Below are positions 23,313-37,320 of a stretch of DNA of 64,000 nucleotides, piece by piece. The translations under genes and the position numbers were made by a program. Numbering within the stretch: the stretch's first letter is position 1; the number at the start of each line of letters is the position of its first letter. The stretch spans positions 31,118 through 95,117 of the forward strand of contig MU057951.1 in assembly GCA_013265495.1 (NCBI GenBank). The letters run 5' to 3'. Below the pieces are notes generated by a model. The model had not been told where the DNA came from. It ran no database searches and saw nothing but the letters and a program-made list of their open reading frames with translations. This DNA comes from Vicugna vicugna. Taxonomy: Eukaryota.

Positions 23313-26300
23313 ATTTTTTTTAACAAATTTATTGATTTATAATCATTTTACAATGTTGTGTCAAATTCCAGTGTTCATCACAATTTTTCAGTCATACATG
23401 GACATATACACACTCATTGTCACATTTTTTTCTCTGTGATTTACCATAATATTTTGTGTATATTTCCCTGTGATATGCAGTGTAATCTTGTTTATCTATT
23501 CTACAATTTTGAAATCCCAGTCTATCCCTTCCCACCCTCTACCCCCCTGGTAACCACAAGTCTGTATTCTCTGTCCATGACTCTATTTCTGTCCCGTATT
23601 TATGCTTTGTTTTTGTTTGTTTGTTTGTTTTGGTTTTTGTTTCTTAGATTCCACATATGAGCGATCTCATATGGAATTTTTCTTTCTCTTTCTGGCTTAC
23701 TTCACTTAGAATGACATTCTCTAGAAGCATCCATGTTGCTGCAAATGGTGTTATGTTGTCGGTTTCTTTGGCTGAGTAGTATTCCATTGTATAAATTTAC
23801 CACTTCTTCTCTATCCAGTCACCTGTAGATGGACATTTAGGCTGTTTCCATGTTTTGGCTATTGTAAATAGTGCTGCTATGAACATTGGGGTGCAGGTGT
23901 CATCCTGAAGTAGGGTTGCTTCTGGATAAAAGCCCAGGTGTGGGATCCCTGGGTCATATGGTAAGTCTATTCCTAGTCTTTTGAGGAATGTCCACACTGT
24001 TTTCCATAGTGGCTGCACCAAACTGCATTCCCACCAGCAGTGTAGGAGGGTTCCCCTTTCTCCACAGCCTCTCCAGCATTGGTCATTTGTGGGTTTTTGA
24101 ATGACAGCCATTCTGACTGGTGTGAGGTGATACCTCATTGTAGTTTTGATTTGCATTTCTCTGATAATTAGTGATATTGAACATTTTTTCATGTGCTTTT
24201 TGATCATTTGTAAGTCTTCCTTGGAGAATTCCTTGTTTAGATCTTCTGCCCATTTTTGGATTCGGTTGTTTATTTTTTTCTTATTGAGTTGTATGAGCTG
24301 CTTATATGTTTTGGAGATCAAGCCTTTGTCGGTTTCACTTGCAAAAATTTTCTCCCATTCCGTAGACTTTCTTCTTGTTTTATTTCTGGTTTCCTTTGCT
24401 CTGCAGAAGCTTGTAAGTTTCATTAGGTCCCATTTGTTTATTCTTGCTTTTATTTCTTCTAGGAGAACATTTTTGAGATTTATGTCAGATAATGTTTTGC
24501 CTATATTTTCTTCTGAGAGGTTTATTGAATCTTGTCTTCTGTTTAACTCTTTGATCCATTTTGAATTTATTTTTGTGTATGGTGTAAGGGAGTGTTATAG
24601 CTTCATTGCTTTACATGCTGCTGTCCAGTTTTCCCAACACCATTTGCAGAAGAGACTGTCTTTATTCCATTGTATATTCTTGCCTCCTTTGTCGAAGATT
24701 ACTTGACCAAACTTTTGTGCATTCATTTCTGGGCTATCTCTTCTGTTCCATTGGTCCATATGTCTGTTTTGGTACCAATACCATGCTGTCTTGATGACTG
24801 CAGCTCTATAGTATTGTCTGAAGTCTGGGAGAGTTATTCCTCCAGCCTCTTTCTTTCTCTTCACTAATGCTTTAGCAATTCTAGGTCTTTGATGGTTCCA
24901 TATAAATTTTATTATGATTTGTTTTAGTTCTGTGAAATATGTCCTGGGTAAATGGATAGGGATTGCATTAAATCTATAGATTGCCTTGGGCAGTGTGACC
25001 ATTTTAACAATATTGATTCTTCCAATCCAAGAGCTTGGGATATCTTTCCATTTTTTAAAGTCTTCTTTAATTTCCTTCATCAATGGTTTATAGTTTTCTG
25101 TGTATAATTCTTTCACCTCCTTGGTTAGATTTATTCCCAGATATTTTATTACTTTGGGTGGTATTTTAAAGGGGATTGTTTCTTTACTTTCTTTTTCTGT
25201 TGATTTATCATTAGTGTAAAAAATGCAACTGATTTTTGAACATTAATTTTGTAACCTGCTATCTTGCTGAATTCTTCAATCAGCTCTAGGAGCTTTTGTG
25301 TGGACCTTTTAGGGTTTTCTATATATAGTAACATGTCATCAGCATATAATGACACTTTTACCTCTTCTTTTCCAATTTGGATTCCTTTTATTTCTTTCTC
25401 TTGCCTGATTGCTGTGGCTAGGACTTCCAGGACGATGTTGAATAGGAGTGGTGATAGTGGGCATCCTTGCCTTGTCCCAGATTTTAGTGGGAAGCTTTTG
25501 AGTTTTTCACCATTGAGATCTATGCTGGCTGTAGTTTTGTCATATATAGCCTTTATTATGTTGAGATATGTTCCCTCTATACCAACTTTGGCGTGAGTTT
25601 TTATCGTAAATGGATATTGAATTTTATCAAATGCATTTTCTGCATCGATTGAGATGATCATGTGGTTTTTGTCCTTTCTCTTGTTGATGTGATGTATTAC
25701 ATTGCTTGATTTGCATATGTTGAACCAGCGTTGTGTCCCTAGGATGAACCCCTCTTGGTCATGACGTGTAATCTTTTTTATGTGTTGTTGGATTCTATTT
25801 GCTAAAATTTTGGTGAGGATTTTGGCGTCTATGTTCTTCAGTGATATTGGCCTATAATTCTCTTTTTTTGTAGTGTCTTTGCCTGGTTTTGGTATCAGGG
25901 TGATGGTGGCTTCATAGAATGAGTTTGGGAGTATTCCCTCCTTTTCAATCATCTGGAAGAGTTTGAGAAGGACTTGTATGAGTTCTTCTTTGTATGTTTG
26001 GTAGAATTCCCCATTGAAGCCATCCAGTCCTGGACTTTTATTTGTAGGGAGGTTTTTAATTGTTATTTCTATTTCCTTTCTAGTGATCAAATTGTTCAAG
26101 TGTTCAGTTTCTTCTTGATTCAGTTTTGGTGGACAGTATGTATCCAGAAACTTGTCCATCTCCTCTAGGTTATCCAGTTTGGTTCCATATAGTTTTTCAT
26201 AATATTCTCATATGATATTCTGTATTTCTATTTTGTTTGTTGTAATTTCTCCATTTTCCTTTCTTATTTTGCTAATTTGTGCTCTCTCTTTTTTCTTCTT

Positions 26301-27318
26301 TGTGAGTTTGGCCAGAGGTTTCTCGATTTTATTTACTTTTTCAAAAAACCAGCATTTGGTTTGTTGATTTTTTCTATGGCCTTGTTAATCTCTATTGTAT
26401 TTAATTCCTCTCTGATCTTTATTATTTCCTTCCTTCTGCCGCTTTTTGGGGATTTTTGTTGTTGTTTTTCTAATTGACTCAGGTGGTGGGTTAACTTGTA
26501 TTTTTGAGATTGTTCTTCTTTTCTGAGGAAGGCCTGTATCGCTATAAACTTCCCTCTTAGCACTGCCTTTGCTGTGTCCCATAGGTTTTGAGTGGTTGTG
26601 CTTTCATTATCATTTGTCTCAAGGTATTTTTTAATTTCAGCTTTGATTTCCTCATTGATCCATTGTTTTTTCAATAACATATTATTTAATCTCCATGCTT
26701 TTCTTTTTTTCTCCTTTGTTTCTCTGTTGTTGATTTCCAGTTTCATGGCATTGTGGTCAGTAAAGATGCTTGAGATAATTTCTATCTTCTTAAATTTGTT
26801 GAGGTTTCTTTTGTGTCCAAGTACATGATCGATCCTGGAAAATGTTCCATGTGCACTTGAAAAGAATGTATATTCTATTTTTGGGGGGTGTAAAGCTCTG
26901 AAAATATCCACCAAATCTAGTTTTTCTATTGTAGTATTTAATTTCTCTGTTGCCTTGTTTATTTTCTGTCTGGAAGATCTGTCTAGTGATGTTAATGCAG
27001 TGTTAAAATCTCCAACTATGATTGTATTCCCATCAATATCCCCCTTTATCTGTGTTAGTAATTCTTGTATGTACTTAGGTGCTCCTATATTGGGTGCATA
27101 TATATTAACGAGTGTAATATCTTCATCTTGTATCACTCCTTTAATCATTATAAAATGTCCTTCTTTATCTTTCTTTATGGCCTTTGTTTTAAAGTCTATT
27201 TTGTCTGAAATCAGTACTGCAACACCTGCTTTTTTGGCTTTTCCATTTGCATGGAATATCCCTTTCCATCCTTTCACTCTCAATCTATATGTGTCCTTCT
27301 CCCTAAAGTGGGTCTCTG
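23313..27318 (-). mobile_element. Young 5'-truncated L1 (about 4 kb, nearly all of ORF2) inserted into ORF1 of the host L1; ORF2 broken by frameshifts
   Basis: ORF2 pieces: EN 26333-27283 (GDFN, RIDH, TDHN), RT 25149-26159 ([12 protein letters not shown]), 24595-25116, and the C-terminal Cys-rich region 23797-24423 (CWRGC..HCWWEC). 14-bp TSD cattatgatatgtc 23299-23312 / cattataatatgtc 27319-27332. Confidence 0.93.
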
Positions 27319-30300
27319 CATTATAATATGTCTTGATGTGGGTCTGTTTTGGTTCTCCTGTTTGGGACCCTCTGAGCCTCCTGTACTTGGATATCTGATT
27401 CCTTCTTTAATTTTGGAAGTTTTCAGTCATGATTTCTTCAAATACCTTTTCAATGCCCTTTGTTCTTTCTTCCCCTTCTGAAACGCCTATTATGCATAGA
27501 TTGACATGATTTATATTAGCCTTTATGTCCCTTATATTGATTTCATTGTTTTTTATTTGTTTTTCTCTCAGCTGTTCTGATTGGGTGCTTTCTGTTGTCC
27601 TGTCTTCTAGGTCACTTATTCGTTCCTCTGCATTATCTAGCCTGCATTGTACAGCCTTTAGATCAGTTCTCATTTCAGCTAATGAGTTTGCCAGTTCTAC
27701 TTGGCTCTTCTTTATAGCTTCAATTTCATTTTTGACATATTTTGTATCTCTAAACACTACTCTTTCAGTTCTTTCAGTACTTTGATCACTTCGTTTTTGA
27801 AATCTTGATCTAGTTGGCCATCAATATCTATTTCATTGATCATGCTTTTAGGGGATTTCTCTTGCTTTTTTAACTGGGAATTGTTCCTCTGCTTCTTCAT
27901 ATTGCTCATATCTCTCTGGCACTGTGGCTTATGGAGTATCAGTTATCTATTTTCGTCCTTAAGGAGTATACTTATTTATCTCTCTAAAACCTATGCAGGA
28001 ATAAAACATAAAAAAAAAGAGAGAGAGAGTGAATTTTGAAAGAAAGGAGGGGAAAAAATTGGAAAACAGTGTATAAATCATTAAATGAAGAGTAATTTGG
28101 AGCAGAATAGCAATTTAGTTGAGACGTCTTTTTAAATCCTTAAAAAAAGAAGTATAGTTCAGAAAGCAATATTTGAGACCTGTGTATAATCAGTGACAAG
28201 GGGATCAAAACCAAGAGAAAGAAAAGTGAAATGAGGTGGATTTTAAAAAGCATTAAAAATAAAAGTAAAATTAAAAAATATTTCAAAAGGAATATTTTAA
28301 AGGGGTAAAACTGGAGACATATACAGTGGTTTAATAAGTAAATTTTTAAAAGGTAATAGAGAATAGAACAGATTTTAACAAAAGATAAAAGAGAGAAATT
28401 TTTAAGAAGGGAGAAAAAATGGTTTGAAAACAGCATATAATCAATAATAGAAGAGCAAGGTGAACCAGAATAGCAATCAAGTTGAGAGATCTTTTAAAAA
28501 CCTAAATAAAAAGGAGAAAAAAATTTTAAAAACTATATTTTGATATCTGTGAATAATCAATATCAGGAGATCAAAACCGAGAGAATTAAACATGAAATGA
28601 GGTGGATTTTTAAAAGTAATAATAATAAAAAGATTTTAAAAGAAAATAAAACAGATATAAAAAAAGATTCAAAAAAAAAAAAAAAGGATGTGTTCTCCTG
28701 GAGACTTTGCTCTTTTAATGGTTTAAAGGAGAAGTCTTTCTATCTTCACCCTGTTTCACGAACTCAGCTTGCTGTCTCCAGAGCCTCTCCATTGGCTCCC
28801 TCATCTGTACTGCTCCCAGTGCCTGTTGGCAAGAAGATCGGGCCCCCTCCCAACACTGGGTCAGGTGCTGCTCTCCTTCGAGGTGGACAGGTGGGTCACT
28901 CCCCCTCCCGATTCCACAGTCAGATGCTGCACTTGGGGGAGGCAAGCAGATGGATCATGCCTCTTGACGGCACGACGATCAGGTGCTGTGTTCCTGCTAG
29001 GAAGCCGGGTGGCTGCCTGCCCTCTCCTGGCGCCAGTCACTTGGCTGCTCTCTGCAGCTGCCCGCTCCACCTCGGGTTGGCACTCCATAGACGGGCTGGG
29101 GGAAGAGCATGGAACTACCCCATCCCTGCTGCGTTCCAAAACTCAGCTTCTTGTTTGTCTTGGCTGCGCAAGTTCTCTGAGGTACCAGGGCAGAAGGATC
29201 CTATCTGCCTCGGGCTGTAATCAAGTCCCAGTCCTGTCTAGGAAGTTGTGGAGCCCCAGGTGCAGATTCAGGTCTCAGCCCCGCCCTGCCCAGGGGCTGT
29301 GCACAAAAGGTATGGTGGCTGTGGCTGCGCGCTGCCTCTCTTTCTGCAAAAAGTGCCAGTAATGGCGCTGTGGGTCTGAGGAGACAAAGCTACGGCACCC
29401 CTCCCCCTGGGCACACCAGCAGTGCTGCTTTGCTTTTTTATCTCCATAATTTATGGGAGGCCCTGATTGTTCTGCTCTATATCCCCTCCCAGTCACAATG
29501 TGCAGCACCCTGCATTCCCCTGGGTTGCCTCAGTGCAGCTGACCCAGTCCTCCGCCCAGCTCGGGCAGCATGTTCCGTCCCCCAGCTGCTGGCTCGCGAC
29601 TTGGGCTGGATGTCACAAGGACCCTTTGTGCCCATTTAACTTAGTTCTGTCGGCCAAGGGGTTCTCTGGGCAGATTTGAGCCTCGGAGGATCCCCCTCCG
29701 TCCCACTGGCCTCTCCGTTTGAGACGGGGAGGTTCAGCGAACGAGCGCTGTTCCTCCTTTGCCTCTCTCTCCCCAGGGGACCAGTCCCACACTCTTGCTT
29801 TTTCTTCTTTCTTTTTTCTTTTTCTCCTACCAGATTTTTGGCATCTTTGTCTTTCGAAGAGGGCGATATTCTGTTGGAGTGCGTCCTTCTACTCTGCCAT
29901 CTTGCTTCTCCCCTTTTATCACTATTTTATTGATTTCTGCTCTGATTTTTATGATTCCCTTCTTTCTGCTAACTTTGGTCTTAATTTGTTACTCTTTTCT
30001 AACTCCTAAGGTATACAGTTAGGTTATATGTGATCTTTTAAAATATATACATTTATTACTATAACTTCCCTCTCAGTAACTGTTTCTGCAGCATCCCCAG
30101 TATGCATCCTAAGGTTGAAGTGGGTCTCTTGTATGCAGTATATAGTTGGGTCTTGTTTTATTGCCACTGTTGTTTTTTCATCCATGTAGCCACTCTGTTA
30201 CTTTTGATTAGTGAATTCAATCCATATGCATTTAGAATAATTATTGAATATTGATACGATACTCATGCCATCTTATGAGTTCCTTTATGGTTGCTTAGTA

Positions 30301-32664
30301 TTTCCATTGTTTCTTTGTTCCTCTGTTTCTGCCTACCTTTGTAAATTGGTGGTATTCTATGGTGGCATTCTCTGTTTCCCCTTTTTTATGTTTTGCAAAT
30401 CTGTTCCCAATTTTTGCCTTATAGTTACCATGAGGCTTACACAAAATATCTCATAGAAAAAGTAGCCCATTTTATGATATCAACTTATCTTTTTTCACAT
30501 ATAATGGCTTCACCCTTTTACTTCTCCCTTTCATATTTTTTATGCCACAATTTTCTTCTTTATATGTTGTGTATTTTTTAACAATTTATAGTAGGTGTAG
30601 TTTTTAACTACTCTTTTTCTTTATCTTTTATACTACATTTGGTTGAACAACTCACTATCTTAATATAGAGTTTCAGTTTTCTAAATCTGACTGTTTTTCA
30701 CCTTTACCAGTGTTTTGTGTACTTTAATATATTTCATGTTGTTGATTAGTGTCTTTCTATTTTGACTAGAAGAACTCCTGTCAACATTTCTTGCAAGGCA
30801 GTTCTAGTGGTGGTGAATTCCCTCAGCTTTAAATACATTTACTGCTTTATTCTCCCTCTCTTTTCCTTCTGGTACTACGATTGTTGTGATATTTGTCTTT
30901 TTATGTTTTCCATAGCTTATATAGGATTTCTCTGCTCTTTTAACATCTTTGTTATTTCTTCTCTTCTAAATGTTTTATTTCAAAAATTCCTAACCTCCAA
31001 GTCATTTTTTTTCTTCCTTCTATCTTGTCTGCTCTTGTATGCATGCTGTTGCATATTTCTTGTAATTCATTTGAGTTCTTCAGCTCCAGAATGTCTGTTT
31101 AATTATTTTTCTAAAATAATTTTAATATCTTGGTAAAGAACTCATTTTGTTCATATATATTTACTCTTGATGTCATTAAATTGTGTTTCTTAGTTTTCTT
31201 GTAAGGTAAGTTTCTTCATATCTGCTATTTTGACTTGTTTATCAGTTAGATTGCTATATTTCTTGCCTTTGAGCTCAGTTGCTGGAAATTATTTTCTTTA
31301 TGTGATGCCATATTTCCTTGCTCATTTTTAATATTCTTTGTAGTTGTGTGTTGTTGTTTTGCTTTTCAAATAGCAGACATCTTAACTATTTGCTCACCAC
31401 TTTCAATATATGTGACTTTATGTTCTTTGGTATTGTTATTATCTGATATTTCTTCTGTGTTTGTGAAGGTGTACCTGCACCACTTTTCTTGCTCTCTCTT
31501 ACAGTTGGATTTTTATTTAAGTGTTTATGTCTTCTCTGGTTCTTACAATTCACCAGGAAAGCAACTGTTTTCCAGAAGTTGGCACTATAGCTCAACATTG
31601 TGGTTTCAACTTTGCCCAGTGATAATAGCTTTTTTCTAAGTGTGCTCCCTGACTACCAGAGCTTGCTCTTGTGGATGCACTGGAAAGAGTACACAAGTTG
31701 CTGACAGCAGAGTAAGGGGAGGTATGTTTTTTGCACTCGATGCTTTGGATGTGCCCATGATGCTGGTAGGGAGATTCTCAGAGCTGATATTTCCAGAGGC
31801 TCATAGTTGGGCCCCCGCTGAGTGCAATCCTTTTAATGCCCTTTGAAATTCTTATCCACTTCTTTCCCAGTTTCCCATCTTCCCCAAGTGGAGAGCTCCT
31901 ACCTTAGTACTCCAGGTGCTGGTGAAGGGAAAAGGACTTTTGCAGCTGCATTATGCCCAGCTAAGGTAGCATAGCACTCATTAACCACTTCCCTTTTCCT
32001 TGTAGGAGAGGTAGCCTCTATTGGATAAATCCACTGGGTTCAGTATTTTCTTGAGGGAGGGGTGGAAATTTTCTCTTGTCACCTCTGCTGCAACCAAACT
32101 TGTATTTTTCTTTTTTTTTTTTCTTTTTCTCTTCAGTGGTGTACTGGAGACTCTCTCTGAGAAGGCTGGACTTCTGCAAGTTCTCTCCTACATGAGTGCC
32201 TACCCTAGTCTATGCTCACTCAATTTTTTCCTGACAGCAGTGAGAGAGGTGTAGGCACTTTTGCTGTCTCCACTAGTTCCACAGCCTGTTTTTCTGTCTC
32301 TTATTTGTTGCACTGGCAGGGAAGACTCTCCTTGAGTCCCTTAGAATAAGGTGTTATGTCCCAAAACACTCACAAATGAAGTTTTGTTCCCATATGAAAG
32401 TCTACTTTGCTGATTACAAGGTGAATATAAGCAGGGATATCATGTTTTAATTGAGGTATAGTTAGTTTACAATGTTGTGTCAGTTTCTAGTGTACAGCAC
32501 AATTCCTCAAAGAATATCATAAATTACCATGTTGCTGATGTCACTCTGGTAATTTCTTTACTTAGGTTTGGTATTAAGATAATTATTGCCACAATGAATA
32601 AGTTAGGAAATGTTTCATTTGTTTCTATTTAGTGGAAAGACTGGATACTCAGTAATATTTTTCA

Positions 32665-35318
32665 CATTTATGTTTAATTGTGGTAAGAATAAATAACATT
32701 AGCTCTATCATAACAAAATTTAAGTGTGTACTACATTGTTGAGTATAGGTGCAATATTGTACAGTAAATCTCTAGAGCTTATTCATCTTGCTTAACTGAA
32801 ACTTTATGCCAGTTTATTTATAACTCCTCATTCCCCACCCCCTCCTCTAACCCCTGGTAACAATCATCCAGTCTTTGATTTTGTGAATTTGACTCTTTTG
32901 GATACCTCATGTAAATAGAATCACAGTATTTCTCTTTCTGATTTTGGGTTATTTCACATAAAATAATGTCCACAAAGTCTATGACTGTTGTCACATGCTA
33001 TAGAATTTCCTTCTTTCCAGGGCTGAATAGTATTCCATTGCATGTACATGCCATGTTTTCTTAAGCCATTCATATTTTGATGCGAACTTAAGTTGTCTTC
33101 ACATCTTAGCTATTGTGAATAGTGTTGTAATAAATATTGGAGTGCAGATATCTTTTCAACATCCTGATTTCAATTCTTGTGCATAGGTACCCAGAAATGG
33201 ATAATGGATGGATGCTGGATCATATTAGTTCTGTTTTTAATTTTCTAAGGGCCTTCTATACTGTTTTCCAGAGTGGCTACACCATTTTGCATATGTAACA
33301 ACAGTGTGCTGGGCTCCAACTTCTCATCTTTGCCAGCACTTGTCTTTTTTTAGGCATCATCCTGACAAGTGTGAGGTAATATCTCATTAAGGTTTTGATT
33401 TTATTTCCCTGATGATTAGTGGTGATGAGCATTTTTCACATATCACTTGGACATTTTTATTTCTTCTTTGAATAAATGTCTATTCAAGTCCTTAGCCCAT
33501 TTATTGATCAGGTTACCTGTGTTTTGTTTGTTTGTTTGTTTGTTTTTGTTGTTGTCATTGTTGTTATTGAGTTGTATGAGTTCCTTATAAATTTTGGAGG
33601 TTAACCTCTTATCAGATGTGTGATTTGTACATATTTTATCCTATTCTGTTAGTTGTATCTTCATTCTATTGATTGTTTCTTTTCCTGTGCAGAAGCTTAT
33701 TAATGTTATGCAGTCCCATTTGTTTAGTTTAGTTTTTGTTGTTTGTGCTTTTGGTATCCTATCCATGAAATAATTGTCACTATCCAGTTCTCCCAAGACC
33801 ATTTGTTGAAGAAACTACCCTTTCCACATTGAATACTCTTGGCACACTTCTCAAAAATCACTTGACATATATGCATGGGTATATTTCTGGGCTCTCTATT
33901 CTGTTCCATTGGTCTATATGTCTGTCCTTATGCCAGTGTCATTCTATCTTGATTACTGAACCTTTGTAATATATTTTGAAATTAGGAATCATGCTGCTGT
34001 TTTTTTATTCTCAGCATCAATTTTTCTATTTGTGTTCCACTGTGGTTCCATATGAATTTTAGAATTGTTTTTCTATTTCTGGAAAAAATGTCTCTGGGAT
34101 TTTGATAAGGTTCACATTGAATCTGTATATTACTTTGAATAGCAGGGAAATTTTAACAATATTAATTCTTTCAATTCATGAATACAAAATGTCTTTCCAT
34201 TTTTTGTGTGTCATTTAATATCTTTCTTCATTGTTTTGTAGTTTTCAGTATATAAATATTTTCCCTCCTTAGGTAAGTTTGATCCTAAGTATTTTATTCT
34301 TTTTGGCATTATTGTAAATAGGATTGTTTTTCTAATTTATTTTTTAGATATTTTATTATTGGTGTATTGGAACAACTGATTTTTGTAGGTTGGTTTTGTA
34401 TTATGCAACTTGACTTAATTTGTTTACTAGTTCTTACAGCTTTTAAATGGCATCTTTGGGGTTTGCTATATATAAGAACATATACAGGGATAATTTTACT
34501 TCTTCCTTTCTAATTTGAATGCCTTGTATTTATTTCTCTTGTCTACTTGCTCTGACTAGAACTTCCAGTATTATGTTAAATAGAAGCAGTGAAAAAAAAG
34601 TTCAACATCATTAATCATATGGAAAAGCAAATTAAAACCACAATGAGATATCACTATGCATCTATTAGGATGGATAATATAAAAAAGTCTCAAGACCAAA
34701 TGCTTGTAAGAATGTAGGGAAATTGGAACACTGATACATTGCTAGTAGAAGTGTTACATAGTCCAATCACTCTGAAAAACAGTTTGTCAATTTCTTACTA
34801 AACTAAAAAAATGCATATTATACAATACAGTTTTATGCAACATTTTTTAGATGACAGAATTTTAGAAGTAGAACCCAGATGAGTGCCAGGTTAAAGGATT
34901 TGGGGCTGAGTGTGAAAGTGGGACAGATGGGAATTTAATATAGATTTAAAGGACAACATGAGGGGGATACTTGTGGTGTTGGAACTATTCCGTATCTTGT
35001 CTCTGTTGTTAGATACATGCACCTACACAGGTGATAAAACTTATAGATCTCAATAAACATTCACACAAACTCATGTACACAAATGTGTGTCAGTAGAAGT
35101 GGGGAACTCTGAATAAGATCAGTGGATTGTAGCAATGTCAATAGCCTGGTTGTAATATTATACTATAATTTTGTGGTATGTTATCATCAAGATCACTGGG
35201 CAAAGTATCAAGGATTTCTGTATTTTTTTCTTAAAAATGCATGTAAATCTACAATTATTTCAATGAAATTTGAGTTAAAAATAGAGGTGGTAAGAGTGGG
35301 CATCCTTGTCTTGCTCCC
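32665..35318 (-). mobile_element. L1MA-type 5'-truncated L1, interrupted at about 34593-35283
   Basis: L1MA-like 3' UTR from 32665 and ORF2 fragment 33724-33909. Resumes with gagtgggcatccttgtcttg at about 35295. Confidence 0.8.
34593..35283 (+). mobile_element. Old L1 3' end on the plus strand
   Basis: gcaaattaaaaccacaatgagatatcac (ORF2 C-terminus) followed by an L1MC/ME-like 3' UTR. Degenerate flanking duplication aaatagaagcagtga / aaatagaggtggtaa. Confidence 0.7.
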
Positions 35319-37320
35319 AAGGCAATCTGCAGATTCAATGCAATTCCTGTCAAAATATCAATGACATCTTTCTCAGAACTAGAACAAATAATTTTAAAAT
35401 TTCTATGGAAATACAAAAGTCACCCAGTAACCAAAACAATCTTGATAAAGAAGGACAAAGATGAATGTAACACCCTCCCAAATTTCAAAGTATTCTTCAA
35501 AACTACAATAATCAAAACTAGATAGTGCTGGCACAAAAGCAGACACATAGTTCAATGGAGTTATGTGAAAATCTCAGAAATGAACCCACATGTACATGGT
35601 CAATTAAGCTACAAAAAAGCAAACAAGAATATACAGAGGGAAAAGACAATCTCTTTAATAAATGGTGTTGGGTAAACTGGGCATCTTCATGCAAATGAAT
35701 CAAACTTTCTCACAACATATGAAGAAATAAACTCATAATAGATGAAAGATTTAAATGTAATAACTAAAACCACGAAACTCCTACAGGAAATCTTTGACAT
35801 CATTCTTAGCAATAGTTTTTTTTAATGTGTCCACAATGTAGTGAAACAAAAGAAAAAAAATAGGACTGCAAAAAGCTAAAAAGCTTTTGCACAGTGAAGG
35901 AAACTATCAACAAAAAGAAAAGGCAGTATACTTAATTGGAGAAGATATTTTTCAAACATTATATCCCAGAAGTTGTAAATATCCCAAATATACAAAGATC
36001 TCATACAACTCAACATCAAAAACAAACAAGCAAATAAACTGATTTAAAAATGGACAAGGGAACTTCAATAGACATTTTTCCAAGGAAGACATGCAGATTG
36101 CCAACAAGGACATGAGAAGATGCTCAATGTCACTAACCAATAATTATGGAAGTGTAAACCACAACCACAATGAGATATCACTATACAGCTGTCAAAAAGA
36201 CAACAAATTGGGGGCAATGCCAGGGGTGGCAGGCGGAAGAGAGGGCAAAAAGAAAAAAAGAAAGACAACAAATAACAAGTGTCAACAGGGATGTGGAGAA
36301 AAGGGAGAATTCATGCCCTGTTGGTGGGATTGTAAATTGGTGTAGCCCCTATGAAAAGCAGTATGTATGTTCCTCAATAAATTAGAAATAGAACTGTTAT
36401 ATGATCCAACAATTTTACTTCTGGGGATTTATCTGAAGAAAACAAAAAAACACTCTCAACAAGATGTATGCAGACCAATGTTCACTGCAGCATAATGTAT
36501 TGTAGCTAAAACAAGCAACCTAAGGAAGACAAGATAACCAAAGAAGCAACCTAAGTGTCCCTCAGTAGATGAATGGATAAAGAAGATGTGGTTAGTGTGT
36601 GAAGATTTACCATAGATACAATGAAATCTTGCCATTTGAGAGAACATGAATAATCTAGAGGATGTTATGATAAGTGAAATAAGGTACAGAAATATAAGTA
36701 CCATTTAATCTCACTTATAAATGGAATCTAAAAAACAAACAAAAAAAACCAAGTGAAACAAAATAAAAGATTAAAAGATACAGAGAACAAATGGGTGGTT
36801 ATCAGAAGGGAGAAGTATGTGAAATAGGTGTAGGGGATTATGAGGTACAAACTTCCAGTTATATAATAAATAAGTCATAGGGATAAAACATACAGCATAA
36901 AATATATGGTCAATAATGTAATAACTTTATGGGGACAGATGGTTGCAAGACTTATCTTGGTGATCATTTCACAATGTATGCAGATGTCAAATCATGTAGC
37001 ACACCTGAAACTAACACAATATCAACTATATTTCAATAAAAATTTATGTGAAGTTGAGATAGTTAACATTGATGAATTACATATGTATCAAATATATACA
37101 AAATATATCCTACATGGCATATAGAAAAATTGCTCAGAGAGTAGATCTTAATTGTTCTCTCCAAGGAGAAAAATGTTTTTCCTTTTTTAAATTGTTTCTT
37201 TATGAGGTGATGAAAGTTGACTAAACTTATTATTTTCAATATATGTAAATCAAACATTTATTGTGTATATGTAAACTTATACAGTGATTTATGTTAATTA
37301 TTTCTTAATAAAACTGAAAA
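35319..37320 (+). mobile_element. Plus-strand L1 3' portion ending in aataaaaa (about 37040), followed by a second short L1 3' UTR piece
   Basis: Starts in a PKAI.RFNAIP-like region, with ORF2 C-terminal fragment 36091-36345 and polyA signals near 37036 and 37307. Confidence 0.8.

Larger units (their letters stand above)
17413..29913 (-). mobile_element. Full-length younger L1 (own sequence 17413-19303, 20196-23312, 27333-29913), carrying three internal insertions
   Basis: Perfect 15-bp TSD ttttatcactatttt at 17398-17412 and 29914-29928. ORF2 fragments (20384-20968, 21826-22423), ORF1 fragment 27407-27757, and 5' YY1 motif gccatcttg at about 29896-29904. Confidence 0.9.
14364..32544 (-). mobile_element. 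Older near-full-length L1 (own sequence 14364-17397 and 29929-32544), split by a younger L1
   Basis: 3' UTR at 14364, ORF2 to 17397, resumes at 29929, ORF1-like at about 30760-31400, and 5' end ccatgttgctgatgtcactc near 32545. TSD tctggtaattt at 14353-14363 and 32545-32555. Confidence 0.75.

Noticed and set aside
23797..27283. Intact, active L1 ORF2
   Set aside because: Split into several ORFs by frameshifts and deletions, and 5'-truncated within the endonuclease domain.
27310..27335. Internal deletion fusing ORF2 to ORF1 in a single L1
   Set aside because: The 14-bp TSD shared with 23299-23312 shows it is the 5' junction of a nested insertion.
28540..30022. Long plus-strand ORFs (226 aa, 197 aa) as novel genes
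   Set aside because: Antisense to a GC-rich L1 5' UTR, overlapping in several frames, with no recognisable domain.
32665..37040. One inverted (twin-primed) L1
   Set aside because: The minus and plus parts each have their own 3' UTR and overlap in ORF2 coverage, so they are separate elements.
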